Program-made: the position numbers and the translations under genes
From: Gammaproteobacteria bacterium
GTDB lineage: Bacteria > Pseudomonadota > Gammaproteobacteria > Eutrophobiales > Eutrophobiaceae
Assembly (NCBI GenBank): GCA_965215365.1
Contig: CBDCDS010000003.1
Coordinates: 768,001-832,000, forward strand
Direction: 5' to 3'
Length of the DNA stretch: 64,000 nt
The notes under the pieces: model-generated
Told to the model about the DNA's origin: nothing
Seen by the model: only the letters and a program-made list of their open reading frames with translations
Database searches by the model: none
Shown here: positions 47,488 through 57,607 of the stretch, piece by piece
How positions within the stretch are numbered: the first letter of the stretch is position 1
Layout of the letters: each line of letters opens with the position of its first letter

Positions 47488-50085
47488 CTACTCTCGGGTT
47501 AAGGCAGCCTCTCCCGACTCTAGGATGGTTCCGATAATGCGTTCTCCCTCTTGCAGCAGGTTCTCAATGGCTGTTATCAGCTTGGTTTCATCATCGCGTA
47601 CTCTGATTCTGTAATCCTGAAAGTTCTCGTCCTGATCATCAATTTCCGTATAAACCATGTTCTCTGCATCCCAGCGTTCCTGTTGCACCCGATAATACCG
47701 GTCCATGTATTTTCTGAGTATGGACACCACAATTTCCTGCAAGCGCATGACACCGCGGTAGTTGTGCGGATACAAAATGGCGTCATCCGCGGTCAGGGCA
47801 TACAGCCTGACCGGGTCGGCGTTGCTCATAATTTCACGGGCTGTCTGTGGCTTCAGCGCAAAATTATTCAAGCCTTTCTGTTCCTTGTACGCCAACAACT
47901 CCAGGTAAATCTGCTGCCAGTCCAGCAACGCCAGCGTGGCCTCGGCAACAGGCCGGTCCTGTCCGGATTGAAATTCCACCTCCTTGACTCCAGCGGCCTT
48001 GCTTTCCAGCAGGTGGATTTTTGTTGACAAATCCAGGCTCACCCGGGCCGCATGGTCAACCTGCAAAAACACATTTTCTTCCTCTGCAAAATGCCGCCCT
48101 GCCGGCGGGCGCGGGGCGATGAGTCCCTTGCCGATTAATTCGGCGTTGGGCCGAATGGGAAGGGCCCATTCACGAAAGCCGGCGCTGGCGACGCCTTCCC
48201 GCTCCAGGTAATTACGAAACTGCGCCATATAGTTGGCGCGCACTGCGAAAATGTTCAGCGTTTCCAGCAGCTTCAAATCATTCGGGTGGTTGCCGGTCAG
48301 GGCCGAGCTGCGTTTCAGTCCGTGTTCGTACCCCTGTAGCCGCACGCCGCGCCCAAATAACTGGATGATTTCCGAGCCTTCCTTGCGCCCGATATTCAGC
48401 AGTCCCATGTTCGATACGCGCCAGGAATTCCATCCCTCCATGAATTTTTTGGCACCGATGAGCACATCGATGCTGGTGTCGTGCGCGGCAATACTGTTGA
48501 ACAGAGAATCGGCCATCGCGTCTTCTTCCAGGGTAATCCCGGCGGCGTCTTGTGCTACCAGTTTTTTGAATTTGCCCACGTCGCCGATATAGATCAACCC
48601 GAAATAGGCTTCGGCAGAGCCCGCTTTCAGCCCGATTTCTCCTCTACAGTTGCGAATGCTGCAAAGGTGCAAACCGCCGCCGCCGGGCGCATGAAACACC
48701 TTGCTCAGAATGTCCTCGTATATTTGTCCGCAATCCATACCGCCACCGTGCAGGTTGTCAAATTTGCCCTTGAACACATCCTCACCATTGGGCGCCGTCA
48801 GGCCACTGCTTCCGTTCAGGATCTTTCCCAGTGCCGCAGTGGCCCAGTGACGCTCGGTCAGAACCCGGTGCAGGAAGCGGGCAACAACCAGCACGTCGCT
48901 GCGTGCCCGGCGGTCTTTGGTATAAACCGCGTTGACGGTGCTGCCGACAAACACCCACAGCGGCTTTTCCAGGTTATACGGGCGCAGGGTCGAGGTCTGT
49001 TCGACAAATATCCGTTTTTGCTGGTAAAACGACAGCAGGTTGCCCAACAGCAACAAGTCGGTTGTGGCTTCGGTGGTTTCATCAGTCAGATTGAGGATAC
49101 GGAAATCCTTGCCGTAGCCGTCGTCGTAAAAGTAACGGTAGGAATAGTCGAAGACGATGGCCTTGCCGTACTCCCTGGTCAGCGCATCCTTACGTGTCGC
49201 CGTCAGGGCCTGACCAAAGGTGGCGCTGTATTCAAAGGTAAAGCCACTCTCACCCAGCACGTTACGTAACTTCAACCAGGCCTTGCCTCCGGCCCCCTTG
49301 TGGCCTTCATCAACCAATACCAGATTGTTGCCGACGAAAGCCTCCACCGGCACGCGCTCGCCGGAACCGCGTTTTTTCTCCGCCAGCTTGGTAATCTCCA
49401 GCACGCGCACGGTGTTCTGTCGCGCCAGCGTCAGGCCGCTTTCATTCAAGGCAAAGCGTTTGGCCGGGATGCCGGATAATGAAAATTCCCTGAGGTGCTG
49501 TTCGCTTAAACCCTCATTCGGGGTGATCAGCAGGATATTATCCGGCGCGGCCTTGCTGTAGTGCAAAAACTGGTGGTAGTTAAGGTGCATGATCAAGGTC
49601 TTGCCACTACCGGTGGCCATCCAGAAAGCCAGCTTCTTCAAGTCACCCCGGGTGAAGCCCTCCTCGAACGAAACATAGCTCATGGAGCTGTGACTGCGCA
49701 GAAAATGGTTCAAATCCTCAAGCAACACTGCCGGACTGTTGAAATACCGGTCCAGGAAAACTTCGGCAAACAACAACGCCACCTGCTGGAAGTATTTCAG
49801 TTTAAGGCCGGGGCGGCGCGTGCTGATGGCGCGTAAATGGGCAAGGATATTGCCGTCATAACGCTCAAGGTCTGCAAACGGGATTTTTACCCGGTTGCCG
49901 CGCGAGGTCAGTCGGCGCAAAGCAAAGCTGTAGCCATCAGCATCAAACCCTTCCGCGGCGCCACTGGTGTCTTGCAACAACTCGCGGTTGTTCTGGTAGC
50001 CGAACTGGTGATACAACCAGGTAAGCAACACCAGTTGTTGCTCAAGTTTGAGGTAGTTGGGTTGTTCGCGCCCGTACAACTGCAT
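47488..50085 (-). CDS. Type III restriction enzyme Res subunit, apparently C-terminally truncated
   Basis: FWMATGSGKT, LVDEGH, FEYSATF, EGW, IQLFGRGVRL; no PD-(D/E)xK tail visible. Confidence 0.85.
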   Translation of the reverse strand: MQLYGREQPNYLKLEQQLVLLTWLYHQFGYQNNRELLQDTSGAAEGFDADGYSFALRRLTSRGNRVKIPFADLERYDGNILAHLRAISTRRPGLKLKYFQQVALLFAEVFLDRYFNSPAVLLEDLNHFLRSHSSMSYVSFEEGFTRGDLKKLAFWMATGSGKTLIMHLNYHQFLHYSKAAPDNILLITPNEGLSEQHLREFSLSGIPAKRFALNESGLTLARQNTVRVLEITKLAEKKRGSGERVPVEAFVGNNLVLVDEGHKGAGGKAWLKLRNVLGESGFTFEYSATFGQALTATRKDALTREYGKAIVFDYSYRYFYDDGYGKDFRILNLTDETTEATTDLLLLGNLLSFYQQKRIFVEQTSTLRPYNLEKPLWVFVGSTVNAVYTKDRRARSDVLVVARFLHRVLTERHWATAALGKILNGSSGLTAPNGEDVFKGKFDNLHGGGMDCGQIYEDILSKVFHAPGGGGLHLCSIRNCRGEIGLKAGSAEAYFGLIYIGDVGKFKKLVAQDAAGITLEEDAMADSLFNSIAAHDTSIDVLIGAKKFMEGWNSWRVSNMGLLNIGRKEGSEIIQLFGRGVRLQGYEHGLKRSSALTGNHPNDLKLLETLNIFAVRANYMAQFRNYLEREGVASAGFREWALPIRPNAELIGKGLIAPRPPAGRHFAEEENVFLQVDHAARVSLDLSTKIHLLESKAAGVKEVEFQSGQDRPVAEATLALLDWQQIYLELLAYKEQKGLNNFALKPQTAREIMSNADPVRLYALTADDAILYPHNYRGVMRLQEIVVSILRKYMDRYYRVQQERWDAENMVYTEIDDQDENFQDYRIRVRDDETKLITAIENLLQEGERIIGTILESGEAALTRE

Positions 50086-53000
50086 TATTCTGCGTCAGCC
50101 GCAAACATGCGGGCCTTGAAGACCGGGTCTAAGGATTTGGCGCCGGGGATGAACGAATCGCCGTTGACATAGATCTCGTCTGCATCTGCGGTGAGTTTTT
50201 GTTCCAGGACGAACTGTTTGTCCCGTTCCAGTTCCGGCTTTTCCCAGCCTTCAGTGTCACGCCATAAGACTGTGGTTTGGCGTCCGCCGAGCAGGCCGCG
50301 CACGACCAGATAGCGGCGTTGCTCATCGTGGTAAGTTCGGCGGGTTTGTACTTGCAGCCCCAGCAGGTAGTTGAAGGTTTCCGGGAGGTCTATGCGCTGT
50401 TCCCGGGTCGCTCCGTTGTTGCGGATGGCGAGTTTGTAGTCGAAGGGTCGGGCCAGTTGTTCTACGTTCAGCAACGTCGCGCTGTGCCGGGTTTCCGTCC
50501 GCAGCATGTAGCTGAGCAGGTAGTCATCGAATTTCATGGCCTGCTGGCTGGCCGAGTCGTCTACTTCGATATTGTTCAGCGCGTCCTCGTAGCTTTCCAG
50601 GCGCAGGTACTTGATGATGCGCGGGCCGCGCGCGGCTTCTTCCTGAGTGGCCATGCGTTTGGGTTTGCCGTCCTTCCATTCCGGGGTGAAGGTGACTTTT
50701 TTGAGGCGTGGCAGGAGCACCGAGTCGAAGTAGTCGGCACTTTCAACGACAATGAATTTGTGTCTCTTCGCGTATTCTCGATTGATATTAATAACCGCAT
50801 GACCTGTTGTTCCAGAGCCCGCAAAGAAATCCAGAATGGTTCCCTGAGTGCCTGATAGCAGTAGTGCGCAACGCTCAACCAGCTCGGAAGGTTTGGGTTT
50901 CAGCTTATCGATCAAAGTACGGAAATAACCATTGCCAAACATGCGTAACAGCAATTTTGTAGCGTCAGTGGTAGTTTTAACGTCATCCCACAAGGTTGTA
51001 GGGGCCAGACCGCGCTCCTGTGCTTCGGCAAGATAGCGCTTGTATTGCGGCCGTCCGTTGCCACTCATTCCGAATAAAATGCGCCCCTCTGACATCAATT
51101 TGTCAACCACATCCTTTTCAAAACGCCAGCACCGACCTTCCGGCGGCCAAAACTCCCTGCCGTTTTTTGGGTTAACGATGGGATATGTCAGGTTCTCACG
51201 GATGTTGGGGGCATCCATGGGGTCCAAAGTCCAAGGTCCTTTGGGATCGTTATCAGGATTACTGAAATTTTGTATTGCCTGAGGTAGGCGAAATTTTGAT
51301 TTCTCGGTATCCAGTCGTACCTTGTCTGCGGCAAAAAAAGTAGTATGGTTGGTGGAGAGTGAAATCAGTGTATCGCTGGAAACGGATTTACGACTTTGCC
51401 AGATAATATCAGCAACAAAATTTGAAGTGCCCCAGGTCTGGTCCATGACAGGTTTGAGATTTGCGTACTCACCATCGTCGGTGCTGACAAAAATACCGGC
51501 AGTATCCTTGGCCAGAACCCTGCTTTGCCTCAACCTGTCCCACATCATCGACATCCAGGAACTATGCTGGTAATCGTCTTTATATGCAAAGTCATTCAAA
51601 CTGGTATTGTAGGGTGGGTCGATGTATATACAGTCAATCGACTGCGCGTAGCCTGCGCTCAGAAAAGACAATGCCTGCCAGTTCTCGCTATGCACCAACA
51701 ACCCATCACAAAGCTCGTCGATATTTTCCAAAGACGCCAGCAGCTCATCCTTGAATGTCTCTGAGAAGTGTCGGGTATCCAACACCAGCGTTGGGTGGTC
51801 GCGCATGAAGCCGGTGCGCCGTGCCGGCACCTCGCTACTGGAATTAAACAGGTCGGTCTCATTCTCATCAATGTGGAATAACTCCTGCCATTCCGTCCAT
51901 TGTGGTTCACAGGCGGCAATCTCCGGGTAGAAGCGTTCATGGACATGGGCAAGGGTGATGCAATACTGTGTGTCGGTAATGAACTTGCGTTTCTCCCACA
52001 GTAATCTTTGAAATCCTTCGATCTGCTCCAGCAAGTCGATGATGCGTTCACCCATCGTCCTGATTACCCTGGCCACCTGGAACCAGCCTTCCGCAAAGCC
52101 CTCGCCGGCAAGTTCGAAATCATCCAGGTTCAAAACCTCGCTCTTGATATAGAACTCCAGTTCCCGGGATAAGAACGCCTTAAGGTTCTTGTGGATAAAA
52201 AAGTCAGAAGTGTTGCGGCGGGTATATTGTCGCAGGTGGTGTTCCAGGTGTGTAACCGGTTCGTTTTCCGCACTGCGCCGGCGTTCGGCGGTTAGCGCAA
52301 GATGAATTTCGTTTGCCAGTCCGGGGCGACTGCCCAACTCCGCAACACCTTCATCAATAATAGCCTCCTGTTGATTGGCATTGCCGTAACGTTCCTGCTC
52401 CTGTTCATTCAAGGGACGGTACTCAAAAGGAAGTATCAGCTTTTTTGTGTTTTCATCGACGGCAATGTCATGAACAAGCGGCAGGAAAAACCGCTTGTCG
52501 CCCTTGATGTTGTTGTGCTCTACATCGGCGGCCCGTAGCTTGAAATATATGGTGGCACCGTGCGCCCGATAGGAGTAGTCGTGAAAGTGTTCGGCCGTCT
52601 TGATGTAGTACTGATCGGCATTCGCCCAGTGCAGGTAAACCTCTTCCCCGTTGTAGGGAATCGCGTAGCGTTGTTGCCTGGAGTAGCGTCGCTTGGAGAT
52701 GAAATCGCCATCCTGGTAGTAGCGGCTGAAAAAGGCAAACAAGTGGTTGAAGATGTCCCGCTCTAGGGTGGCCCGGCTGCGTGCGCCGCGCGTGCGCCGT
52801 TGCAACTTCAGATATTTTTCTCCTATGGGAATATCGTGGTAGCTGTCATTCAGAGTACCCGCAGCATCCAGCGCCTTGTTGCCCAGCGTTTCTCTGATAA
52901 GCCGGGTCGTGTCCTGCAACTCGCTGAGGGCCAGTTCCTGATCGTGCAGGATGCCTTGATCCAGTTCTTCATTGACAGCTTTAACCAGATCTTCAGAGAT

Positions 53001-53132
53001 GAATTTTTCGACTACATCCCGCTTGTGATTCATGATGCGGTAGATGCCGAAATCCAGGTCAGCACAATCGAACTGGAACAGTTCCCGCAGAAGTTGTTGG
53101 AATTTTTCCTGATTTTGGTTGGTAGTCGTCAT
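50085..53132 (-). CDS. Type III R-M Mod subunit (N6-adenine methyltransferase)
   Basis: LDFGIYRIMN, YIDPPYNT, PKP..L, LDFFAGSGTTGHAV, LESYED.LNN. Confidence 0.93.
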   Translation of the reverse strand: MTTTNQNQEKFQQLLRELFQFDCADLDFGIYRIMNHKRDVVEKFISEDLVKAVNEELDQGILHDQELALSELQDTTRLIRETLGNKALDAAGTLNDSYHDIPIGEKYLKLQRRTRGARSRATLERDIFNHLFAFFSRYYQDGDFISKRRYSRQQRYAIPYNGEEVYLHWANADQYYIKTAEHFHDYSYRAHGATIYFKLRAADVEHNNIKGDKRFFLPLVHDIAVDENTKKLILPFEYRPLNEQEQERYGNANQQEAIIDEGVAELGSRPGLANEIHLALTAERRRSAENEPVTHLEHHLRQYTRRNTSDFFIHKNLKAFLSRELEFYIKSEVLNLDDFELAGEGFAEGWFQVARVIRTMGERIIDLLEQIEGFQRLLWEKRKFITDTQYCITLAHVHERFYPEIAACEPQWTEWQELFHIDENETDLFNSSSEVPARRTGFMRDHPTLVLDTRHFSETFKDELLASLENIDELCDGLLVHSENWQALSFLSAGYAQSIDCIYIDPPYNTSLNDFAYKDDYQHSSWMSMMWDRLRQSRVLAKDTAGIFVSTDDGEYANLKPVMDQTWGTSNFVADIIWQSRKSVSSDTLISLSTNHTTFFAADKVRLDTEKSKFRLPQAIQNFSNPDNDPKGPWTLDPMDAPNIRENLTYPIVNPKNGREFWPPEGRCWRFEKDVVDKLMSEGRILFGMSGNGRPQYKRYLAEAQERGLAPTTLWDDVKTTTDATKLLLRMFGNGYFRTLIDKLKPKPSELVERCALLLSGTQGTILDFFAGSGTTGHAVININREYAKRHKFIVVESADYFDSVLLPRLKKVTFTPEWKDGKPKRMATQEEAARGPRIIKYLRLESYEDALNNIEVDDSASQQAMKFDDYLLSYMLRTETRHSATLLNVEQLARPFDYKLAIRNNGATREQRIDLPETFNYLLGLQVQTRRTYHDEQRRYLVVRGLLGGRQTTVLWRDTEGWEKPELERDKQFVLEQKLTADADEIYVNGDSFIPGAKSLDPVFKARMFAADAE

Positions 53133-53249
53133 TCCTTTAATTTCCGAACTTGCCGGCACTCCAAATGAATTTTTATATGAGGGTTTAGAGGTTCCTATGA
53201 GGCACTACGGATGGATAGTAAATGCTCTTGCAGCGATTGTCCAGAGAAA

Positions 53250-53306
53250 TGTCCAGGTGTCCAGGTTCAATACAGTAAGAGTCTCACTTGTTTCTGAACC
53301 CGGACA
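53250..53306. mobile_element. 57-bp miniature derivative of the IS481 element with 6-bp TSD GAGAAA
   Basis: TGTCCAGG-TGTCCAGGTTCAATAC-AGTAA-GAGTCTCACTTGTTTCTGAACCCGGACA; GAGAAA at 53244-53249 and 53307-53312. Confidence 0.85.
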
Positions 53307-53355
53307 GAGAAAGAGAGAATCTGGTCTGGCGCAGAAGAGCCAAATCGCAGGCAAC

Positions 53356-53380
53356 AAAAAAGGGGCTTACGCCCCTTTTT
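53356..53380 (-). terminator. Intrinsic terminator of pqqA (bidirectional form)
   Basis: AAAAAAGGGGC-TTAC-GCCCCTTTTT. Confidence 0.85.
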
Positions 53381-53400
53381 CGCAACTCGTAATAAAACTA

Positions 53401-53475
53401 TTACTTGTTGTTGATGTACATCGTAACTTCGAAACCGAAGCGGATGTCGCTGTATTCAGGAGTTTGCCAATTCAT
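53401..53475 (-). CDS. pqqA: Pyrroloquinoline quinone precursor peptide (24 aa; not in the ORF track)
   Basis: MNWQTPEYSDIRFGFEVTMYINNK with ExxxY motif; RBS GGAGA. Confidence 0.95.
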   Translation of the reverse strand: MNWQTPEYSDIRFGFEVTMYINNK

Positions 53476-53528
53476 TATGTCTCTCCGGTTGGGTTAATGG
53501 TAAGGGTTATCGTGCTTGCCCTGTATTT

Positions 53529-53545
53529 TGCAGGTTCCGTGCCAA
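53529..53545 (-). promoter_or_regulatory. sigma54 (-24/-12) promoter for pqqA
   Basis: TTGGCAC-GGAAC-CTGCA with exact GG-N10-GC spacing; AT-rich tract upstream. Confidence 0.72.
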
Positions 53546-53708
53546 AATCGTGAATATTTCTTGAAATCTAATAAAAATTATTATAAATCAAACGGTTATT
53601 GAAAAACCATCCATTCGGTAAAAAATTCTGAAGCGGCTCATAGTACAAAAAAACTGGTTGTTATGCTTCACTTTTCTGGTTGCCTACAACCATTTAACTT
53701 GTCTTTGT

Positions 53709-53963
53709 TGCGCCAGGCGGCGTTGGGCGGCGTCATTCAGTCGGTCATGTACTTGATGTACACTCCCTCCTTCATTCCTTGCCCGCCTTGCCTGACACAA
53801 AAAATCCTGCGTTAAAACCCTTTGTTGTCTTTTTTCATTGCGCCCATCCCTGGGCGCAACCCTTCGGGCAGCCTGTGGCCGTGCAAATCGGCTATCCTGC
53901 CGATTGGTGCGCTAGGCGGCGTTGGGCGGCGTCATTCAGTCGGTCATGTGCTCATTGTACACT
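53709..53963. repeat. Cluster of REP-like palindromic elements with a ~55-bp direct repeat
   Basis: GCGCYAGGCGGCGTTGGGCGGCGTCATTCAGTCGGTCATGT...GTACAC at about 53710 and 53909; AATCGGCTATCCTGCCGATTGG also inverted at about 61775. Confidence 0.75.
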
Positions 53964-54841
53964 TCTGCGGCTTCGAATACCGGGCCGTCCACACAGACCC
54001 GCTGCATGGTGGTTTCCCCGTTGCGGTAAACGGGTATCGCACAGCCGGCGCAGCCGCCGGTTGCACAGGCCATGTACTCTTCCACCGAGACCTGACAGGG
54101 CAGGGAAAATTCCGCGGCCAGTGCGGCCACGGCCTGCAGCATGGGGGTGGGACCACAACTGAAGAGCTCCACCTGCTGCCGTTGCGAGGGGGCGAGGTGG
54201 CTCAGCCAGAGGCGCGCCAGATCGGTGACGAAACCATGGTAACAGCCGGGATAACCCTGTTTGCTGGTGAGGCGGCTGGGGATGCCCCAGTCTTCCAGCA
54301 AGGGCATGCAGGCCAGCGCCTCGGGGGGAACGCCGTCCACCATGATCTGCGACGGTCGGGGCTGGAACGGAAAGGGAATCTCCGAACCCATGATCACCAA
54401 AGGCCGCACATCTGTGGCTTGTGTTGCGATATGCTCGGCCAAAAATACCATGGGCGGGATACCCACGCCACCGCCGATGAGCAAGGGGAAACGCCGGTAG
54501 CCCTGCAGCTTGAACGGTGTGCCGACAGGTCCGAGCAGGTTGATATGATCGCCAGGCCGGGCGCCGGCCAGTTTTTGCGTGCCCTGCCCATGCACTTTGT
54601 AGAGAATGTCTATCCAGCCGGCGTTGCGGTCGGCGCGCATGATCGACATGGGCCGGCGCATGGGCAGAGCCTCATGGCAGCGCAGGTGCACGAAGCTGCC
54701 GGGCCGCGCCCGGGCCGCGCAGGCGCCGGCAGCCAGACGCAGCAGGTACTGCTCGGCAGCCAGCGGCTGCTGCAGCACTACCGCCGCATCTTCAACAAAA
54801 ATAGTGGCGCGGGTGGCCGGATGGCGTACCGACTCAGTCAT
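53936..54841 (-). CDS. pyrK: Dihydroorotate dehydrogenase electron-transfer subunit
   Basis: RRPMSI, LGPVG.PF, GGGVGIPP, CGPTPML, MACATGGCAGC...RVC.DGPVF. Confidence 0.88.
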   Translation of the reverse strand: MTESVRHPATRATIFVEDAAVVLQQPLAAEQYLLRLAAGACAARARPGSFVHLRCHEALPMRRPMSIMRADRNAGWIDILYKVHGQGTQKLAGARPGDHINLLGPVGTPFKLQGYRRFPLLIGGGVGIPPMVFLAEHIATQATDVRPLVIMGSEIPFPFQPRPSQIMVDGVPPEALACMPLLEDWGIPSRLTSKQGYPGCYHGFVTDLARLWLSHLAPSQRQQVELFSCGPTPMLQAVAALAAEFSLPCQVSVEEYMACATGGCAGCAIPVYRNGETTMQRVCVDGPVFEAAEVYNEHMTD

Positions 54842-56111
54842 GGCTAAAAGCCGGCTTGCCGTCAATGAGGGTATGCGTGACCCGGCCGCACATCTCCCAA
54901 CCATCGAAAGGCGTGTTCTTGCCGGCGCTGGTCAAGGCTGCGGCGCTGAGCGTCCACTGTTGCCGATCATCGAAGATAAACAGGTCGCCCGGCGCCCCCG
55001 GCGTCAGGCTGCCGGCGTTAATGCCGATAACCGCAGCCGGATGACAGGTCAGCGCTGCGACGATTTGCGTCGGGGTGAAGGCGCGGGTGGCAACCAGATT
55101 GAATGCCAGCGGCGCCAGTGCTTCCAGGGTGGAAGCGCCGGCTTCGGTGCTGCTGAACGGCGCCGCCTTGGCGTCTTCATCATGCGGCTGGTGGTCCGAG
55201 CAGACGGCGTCAATGACACCGTTGCGCAGCCCGTCCAGCAACGCCAGCCGGTCGCGGTCGGTGCGCAGCGGCGGCCACAGGTGGCACTGGGCATTGAAAC
55301 CGTCCACATCGGTCTCGGTCAGGTACAGGTGACAGATGCCCACATCAGCGCTCACCGGCAACCCCTGCTGCTTTGCGGCGCCGACCAGTTCCACACTGCG
55401 GGCGCAGGACAGACGGCAGAAATGCGCCCTGACCCCGGTCTGTTCGATCAGCAACAAGGCGCGGCTGATGGCGCTGGTCTCGGCGGTTGCCGGGATGCCG
55501 GGCAGGCCCAGGCGCGTGCTGATTTTGCCCTCGTGCATAACCCCTTGGTTTCTCAGGTAACTGTCTTCCGGGTGAATGAACACGGGCAGCTCAAAACTGG
55601 CGGCATATTCAAACGCACGGCGCAGCACTTCCGTGTCAACGATCGGGCTGTCGGCATTGGACAAGCCTATGCAACCGGCCTGCTTGAGCGCCGCCACGGC
55701 CGTTAACTGGCGTCCTTCTAGGCCCCGGGTCAACGCGCCCAAGGGGTGGATGCGCGTCTGTTTGGTACGCGCCTGACGCTGGTGCACCAGCTCCACTACC
55801 GCCGGGTTGTCTGTCACCGGCCGGGTGTTGGGCGGGCACACCATTGCAGTGACCCCGGCGCGTAACGCCGCCGCGCTTTCCGAGGCGATGCTGGCCTTGT
55901 GTTCAAAGCCCGGCTCGCGGGTATGTACGCTCAGATCCACAATGCCGGGGCAGACAAACTCACCCTCCAGCGTGATCTCCAGATCGGCGCGGAAGCCATC
56001 GGCAGGTGCGCCCACGGCAACGATCCGGCCGTCTGCAATGCACAAGTCACCGGCGTCATCAAGTTGTTGCAAGGGACAGATCAGGCGCCCGTTACGGATC
56101 AGGATACGCAT
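54834..56111 (-). CDS. pyrC: Dihydroorotase-like protein (probable PyrC' structural subunit)
   Basis: DLSVHTREPG (first metal His replaced by Ser), PPLR, SDHQP, KNTPF. Confidence 0.88.
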   Translation of the reverse strand: MRILIRNGRLICPLQQLDDAGDLCIADGRIVAVGAPADGFRADLEITLEGEFVCPGIVDLSVHTREPGFEHKASIASESAAALRAGVTAMVCPPNTRPVTDNPAVVELVHQRQARTKQTRIHPLGALTRGLEGRQLTAVAALKQAGCIGLSNADSPIVDTEVLRRAFEYAASFELPVFIHPEDSYLRNQGVMHEGKISTRLGLPGIPATAETSAISRALLLIEQTGVRAHFCRLSCARSVELVGAAKQQGLPVSADVGICHLYLTETDVDGFNAQCHLWPPLRTDRDRLALLDGLRNGVIDAVCSDHQPHDEDAKAAPFSSTEAGASTLEALAPLAFNLVATRAFTPTQIVAALTCHPAAVIGINAGSLTPGAPGDLFIFDDRQQWTLSAAALTSAGKNTPFDGWEMCGRVTHTLIDGKPAFSHD

Positions 56112-57091
56112 CAGTCTGTGCCGGCTCTGGCGCCGGACGCAGCGCCCGTGACCATGGCCATGACCGCCATGCGTACCGCGATACCGTGGCTGACCTGTTG
56201 CAGGATGACCGAGCGCGCGCCGTCCGCCACCTGCGAATCAATTTCAATGCCGCGGTTGATCGGGCCCGGATGCATCACCATCACGTCCGGGCTGGCCACG
56301 CTGAGGCGCGCCTCGGTCAGGCCGAAACACTGGAAATACTCCTCTTCGCTGGGCAGCACCGCATTGCCGATGCGCTCCCGCTGCAAGCGCAACATGGTGA
56401 TGACATCCACCTCGCGCAGCCCCTCCTGCAAATCATGGAAGACCTGTACCCCCAGGCTTTCAATAGCTACTGGCAGCAGGGTTTTCGGCGCGATGACGCG
56501 AATATCGCTCACTCCCAGGGTACTCAGCGCGTGGATCTTGGAGCGGGCCACCCGCGAGTGCGCAATGTCGCCGACGATGGCTACCCGCAGCGCCTCGAAA
56601 TCCGGCTTGTGCCGGCGGATGGTAAAAACATCCAGCATGGCCTGGGTGGGGTGGGCATGGCGGCCATCCCCGGCGTTGATGACATGGACATCGTCCGCCA
56701 CCTGGCCGGCGATGAAATGCGCCGCGCCGCTGTTGCCGTGGCGCACCACAAACAGGTCGCAGTGCATGGCTTCTAAGGTGTGCAAGGTATCTCGTAGCGA
56801 TTCGCCCTTGCTGGTGGCCGAAGTGGCAATGTTGATATTGAGCACATCCGCGGACAGGCGTTTGGCTGCCAGCTCGAAAGTGGTGCGAGTGCGGGTGCTG
56901 GACTCAAAAAACAGGTTGGCCACGGTTTTACCGCGTAACAGGGGTACTTTCTTCACTGCGCGCCCGCTCACGCCGGCAAAGGATTCGGCATAGTCGAGGA
57001 TGCTGGTGAGGATATCACGGCTCAAACCCTCCGTCGTCAGGAAGTGTTTAAGACACCCGTGCCGGTCCAGTTGCATGGAGTGGGCGCTCAT
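56111..57091 (-). CDS. pyrB: Aspartate carbamoyltransferase catalytic subunit
   Basis: [35 protein letters not shown]. Confidence 0.97.
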   Translation of the reverse strand: MSAHSMQLDRHGCLKHFLTTEGLSRDILTSILDYAESFAGVSGRAVKKVPLLRGKTVANLFFESSTRTRTTFELAAKRLSADVLNINIATSATSKGESLRDTLHTLEAMHCDLFVVRHGNSGAAHFIAGQVADDVHVINAGDGRHAHPTQAMLDVFTIRRHKPDFEALRVAIVGDIAHSRVARSKIHALSTLGVSDIRVIAPKTLLPVAIESLGVQVFHDLQEGLREVDVITMLRLQRERIGNAVLPSEEEYFQCFGLTEARLSVASPDVMVMHPGPINRGIEIDSQVADGARSVILQQVSHGIAVRMAVMAMVTGAASGARAGTD

Positions 57092-57600
57092 GTCACTGTG
57101 GAGATTTCCAGCGCCAGCGGCGCCGCGCCTGACAACTTGAGATGCTGGTTTGCCGCCAGCTCCAAGCGTGTGCCCGTCACGTCCGCCTGCACGGGTAGCT
57201 CCCTGCCGCCACGATCTACCAGCACCGCCAGACAGATGCTCGCGGCCCGTCCGTAGTCGAACAGTTCATTCATTGCCGCGCGCACGGTACGGCCGGTGTA
57301 AAGCACGTCATCGATCAGGATAACGTGGCGGTCGGTCACGTCAAAGGGCAAGCTCGATGGCGTGACCCGGGGATGCAGGCCAATGCGGCTGAAATCATCC
57401 CGGTAAAAGGCAATATTGAGTTTACCCAAAGGCTGGGTAGTTTGATACAGGCCAAGCAACTGTTGCGCCACCCGCACTCCGCCGGTATGAATGCCGACAA
57501 ACAAGGGGTTGGTTCTGTTATGTTCCCGTAAATATCGATCCAGGCCGGTTTTCATGCTCCGGATCAGGGATTCTACGTCTGGCACTTTTTCCACCGGCAT
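57088..57600 (-). CDS. pyrR: PyrR pyrimidine regulator / UPRTase
   Basis: [35 protein letters not shown]. Confidence 0.94.
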   Translation of the reverse strand: MPVEKVPDVESLIRSMKTGLDRYLREHNRTNPLFVGIHTGGVRVAQQLLGLYQTTQPLGKLNIAFYRDDFSRIGLHPRVTPSSLPFDVTDRHVILIDDVLYTGRTVRAAMNELFDYGRAASICLAVLVDRGGRELPVQADVTGTRLELAANQHLKLSGAAPLALEISTVT

Positions 57601-57607
57601 ATCCTAG

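Noticed and set aside
50085-53132. Phase-variable simple sequence repeat in mod
   Set aside because: No convincing tandem repeat tract seen; the frame is open
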